A DNA stretch of 64,000 nt from positions 162,206,564-162,270,563 of the forward strand of contig NC_068982.1 of assembly GCF_001194135.2 (NCBI RefSeq), given 5' to 3'. Positions 63,675-64,000 of the stretch are shown in pieces. Each line of letters begins with the position of its first letter. Within the stretch, counting starts at the first letter, position 1. Both the position numbers and the translations under genes were made by a program. Source of the stretch: Octopus bimaculoides (lineage: Eukaryota). The notes beneath the pieces are model-generated. The model saw only the letters and a list, made by a program, of their open reading frames with translations, had not been told where the DNA came from and searched no databases.

Positions 63675-64000
63675 TACAGTTATTGGACTACAGCCATGCT
63701 GGGGCACCATCTTGAAGGAACAAATCAACTGCAGTCCTTTTTTTTTTCCAGTTTGATACATATTCTGTTGGGCTCTTTTGCCAAACTGCTAAGTTACAGG
63801 GACATAACCAAACCAACACAGTTGTCAAGTGGTAGTGGGTGGGAAAAGCATAGACACACACACATACAATGAACTTCCACAGTTTCTATCTATTAAATTC
63901 GCTCATAAGGCATTGGTTTGCTTGGCACTATAGTAGAAGATATTTGTCCAAGCCATCACATTGTGGAACTGAATCTTGAAACTATGTGATAGCAAATATG
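63675..64000 (-). mobile_element. tRNA-derived SINE, reverse copy, 40 bp downstream of exon J
   Basis: Collinear with 15420-15760. Confidence 0.75.

Overview
AT-rich, microsatellite-dense animal genomic DNA with five assembly gaps. The SINE and RTE-LINE families look like those I recall from Octopus, which is an inference and not a database result. The window holds the 3' part of one large + strand gene, a Kalirin/Trio-family RhoGEF-kinase. Ten exons (36721-63635, 1984 nt, about 661 codons) splice in frame through GT-AG introns. They encode a Ser/Pro/Lys-rich linker, SH3, a basic linker, Ig (2 exons), FN3 (2 exons) and kinase subdomains I-VIb (3 exons). The gene continues beyond both ends of the window, and I found no exon in the first 36.7 kb. 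The introns contain decayed transposons: RTE LINEs (one family carries a PHD-type finger), a CR1/L2-like RT, an R4/Dong-like RT, a DD37D maT/Tc1-mariner deletion derivative, piggyBac-type TTAA MITEs, several tRNA-derived SINE families, and a Penelope-like GIY-YIG element. Best leads: (1) the Penelope terminal repeats carry a minimal hammerhead-ribozyme fold with a non-canonical CUGU(N)GA core; (2) a 98-bp partial duplicate of the FN3 exon sits in an open, phase-compatible cryptic exon; (3) a local ~165-bp inverted duplication with breakpoint micro-duplications; (4) a perfect CTCF-consensus site; (5) several degenerate minisatellite arrays, the largest a ~1-kb array of a 29-bp unit.
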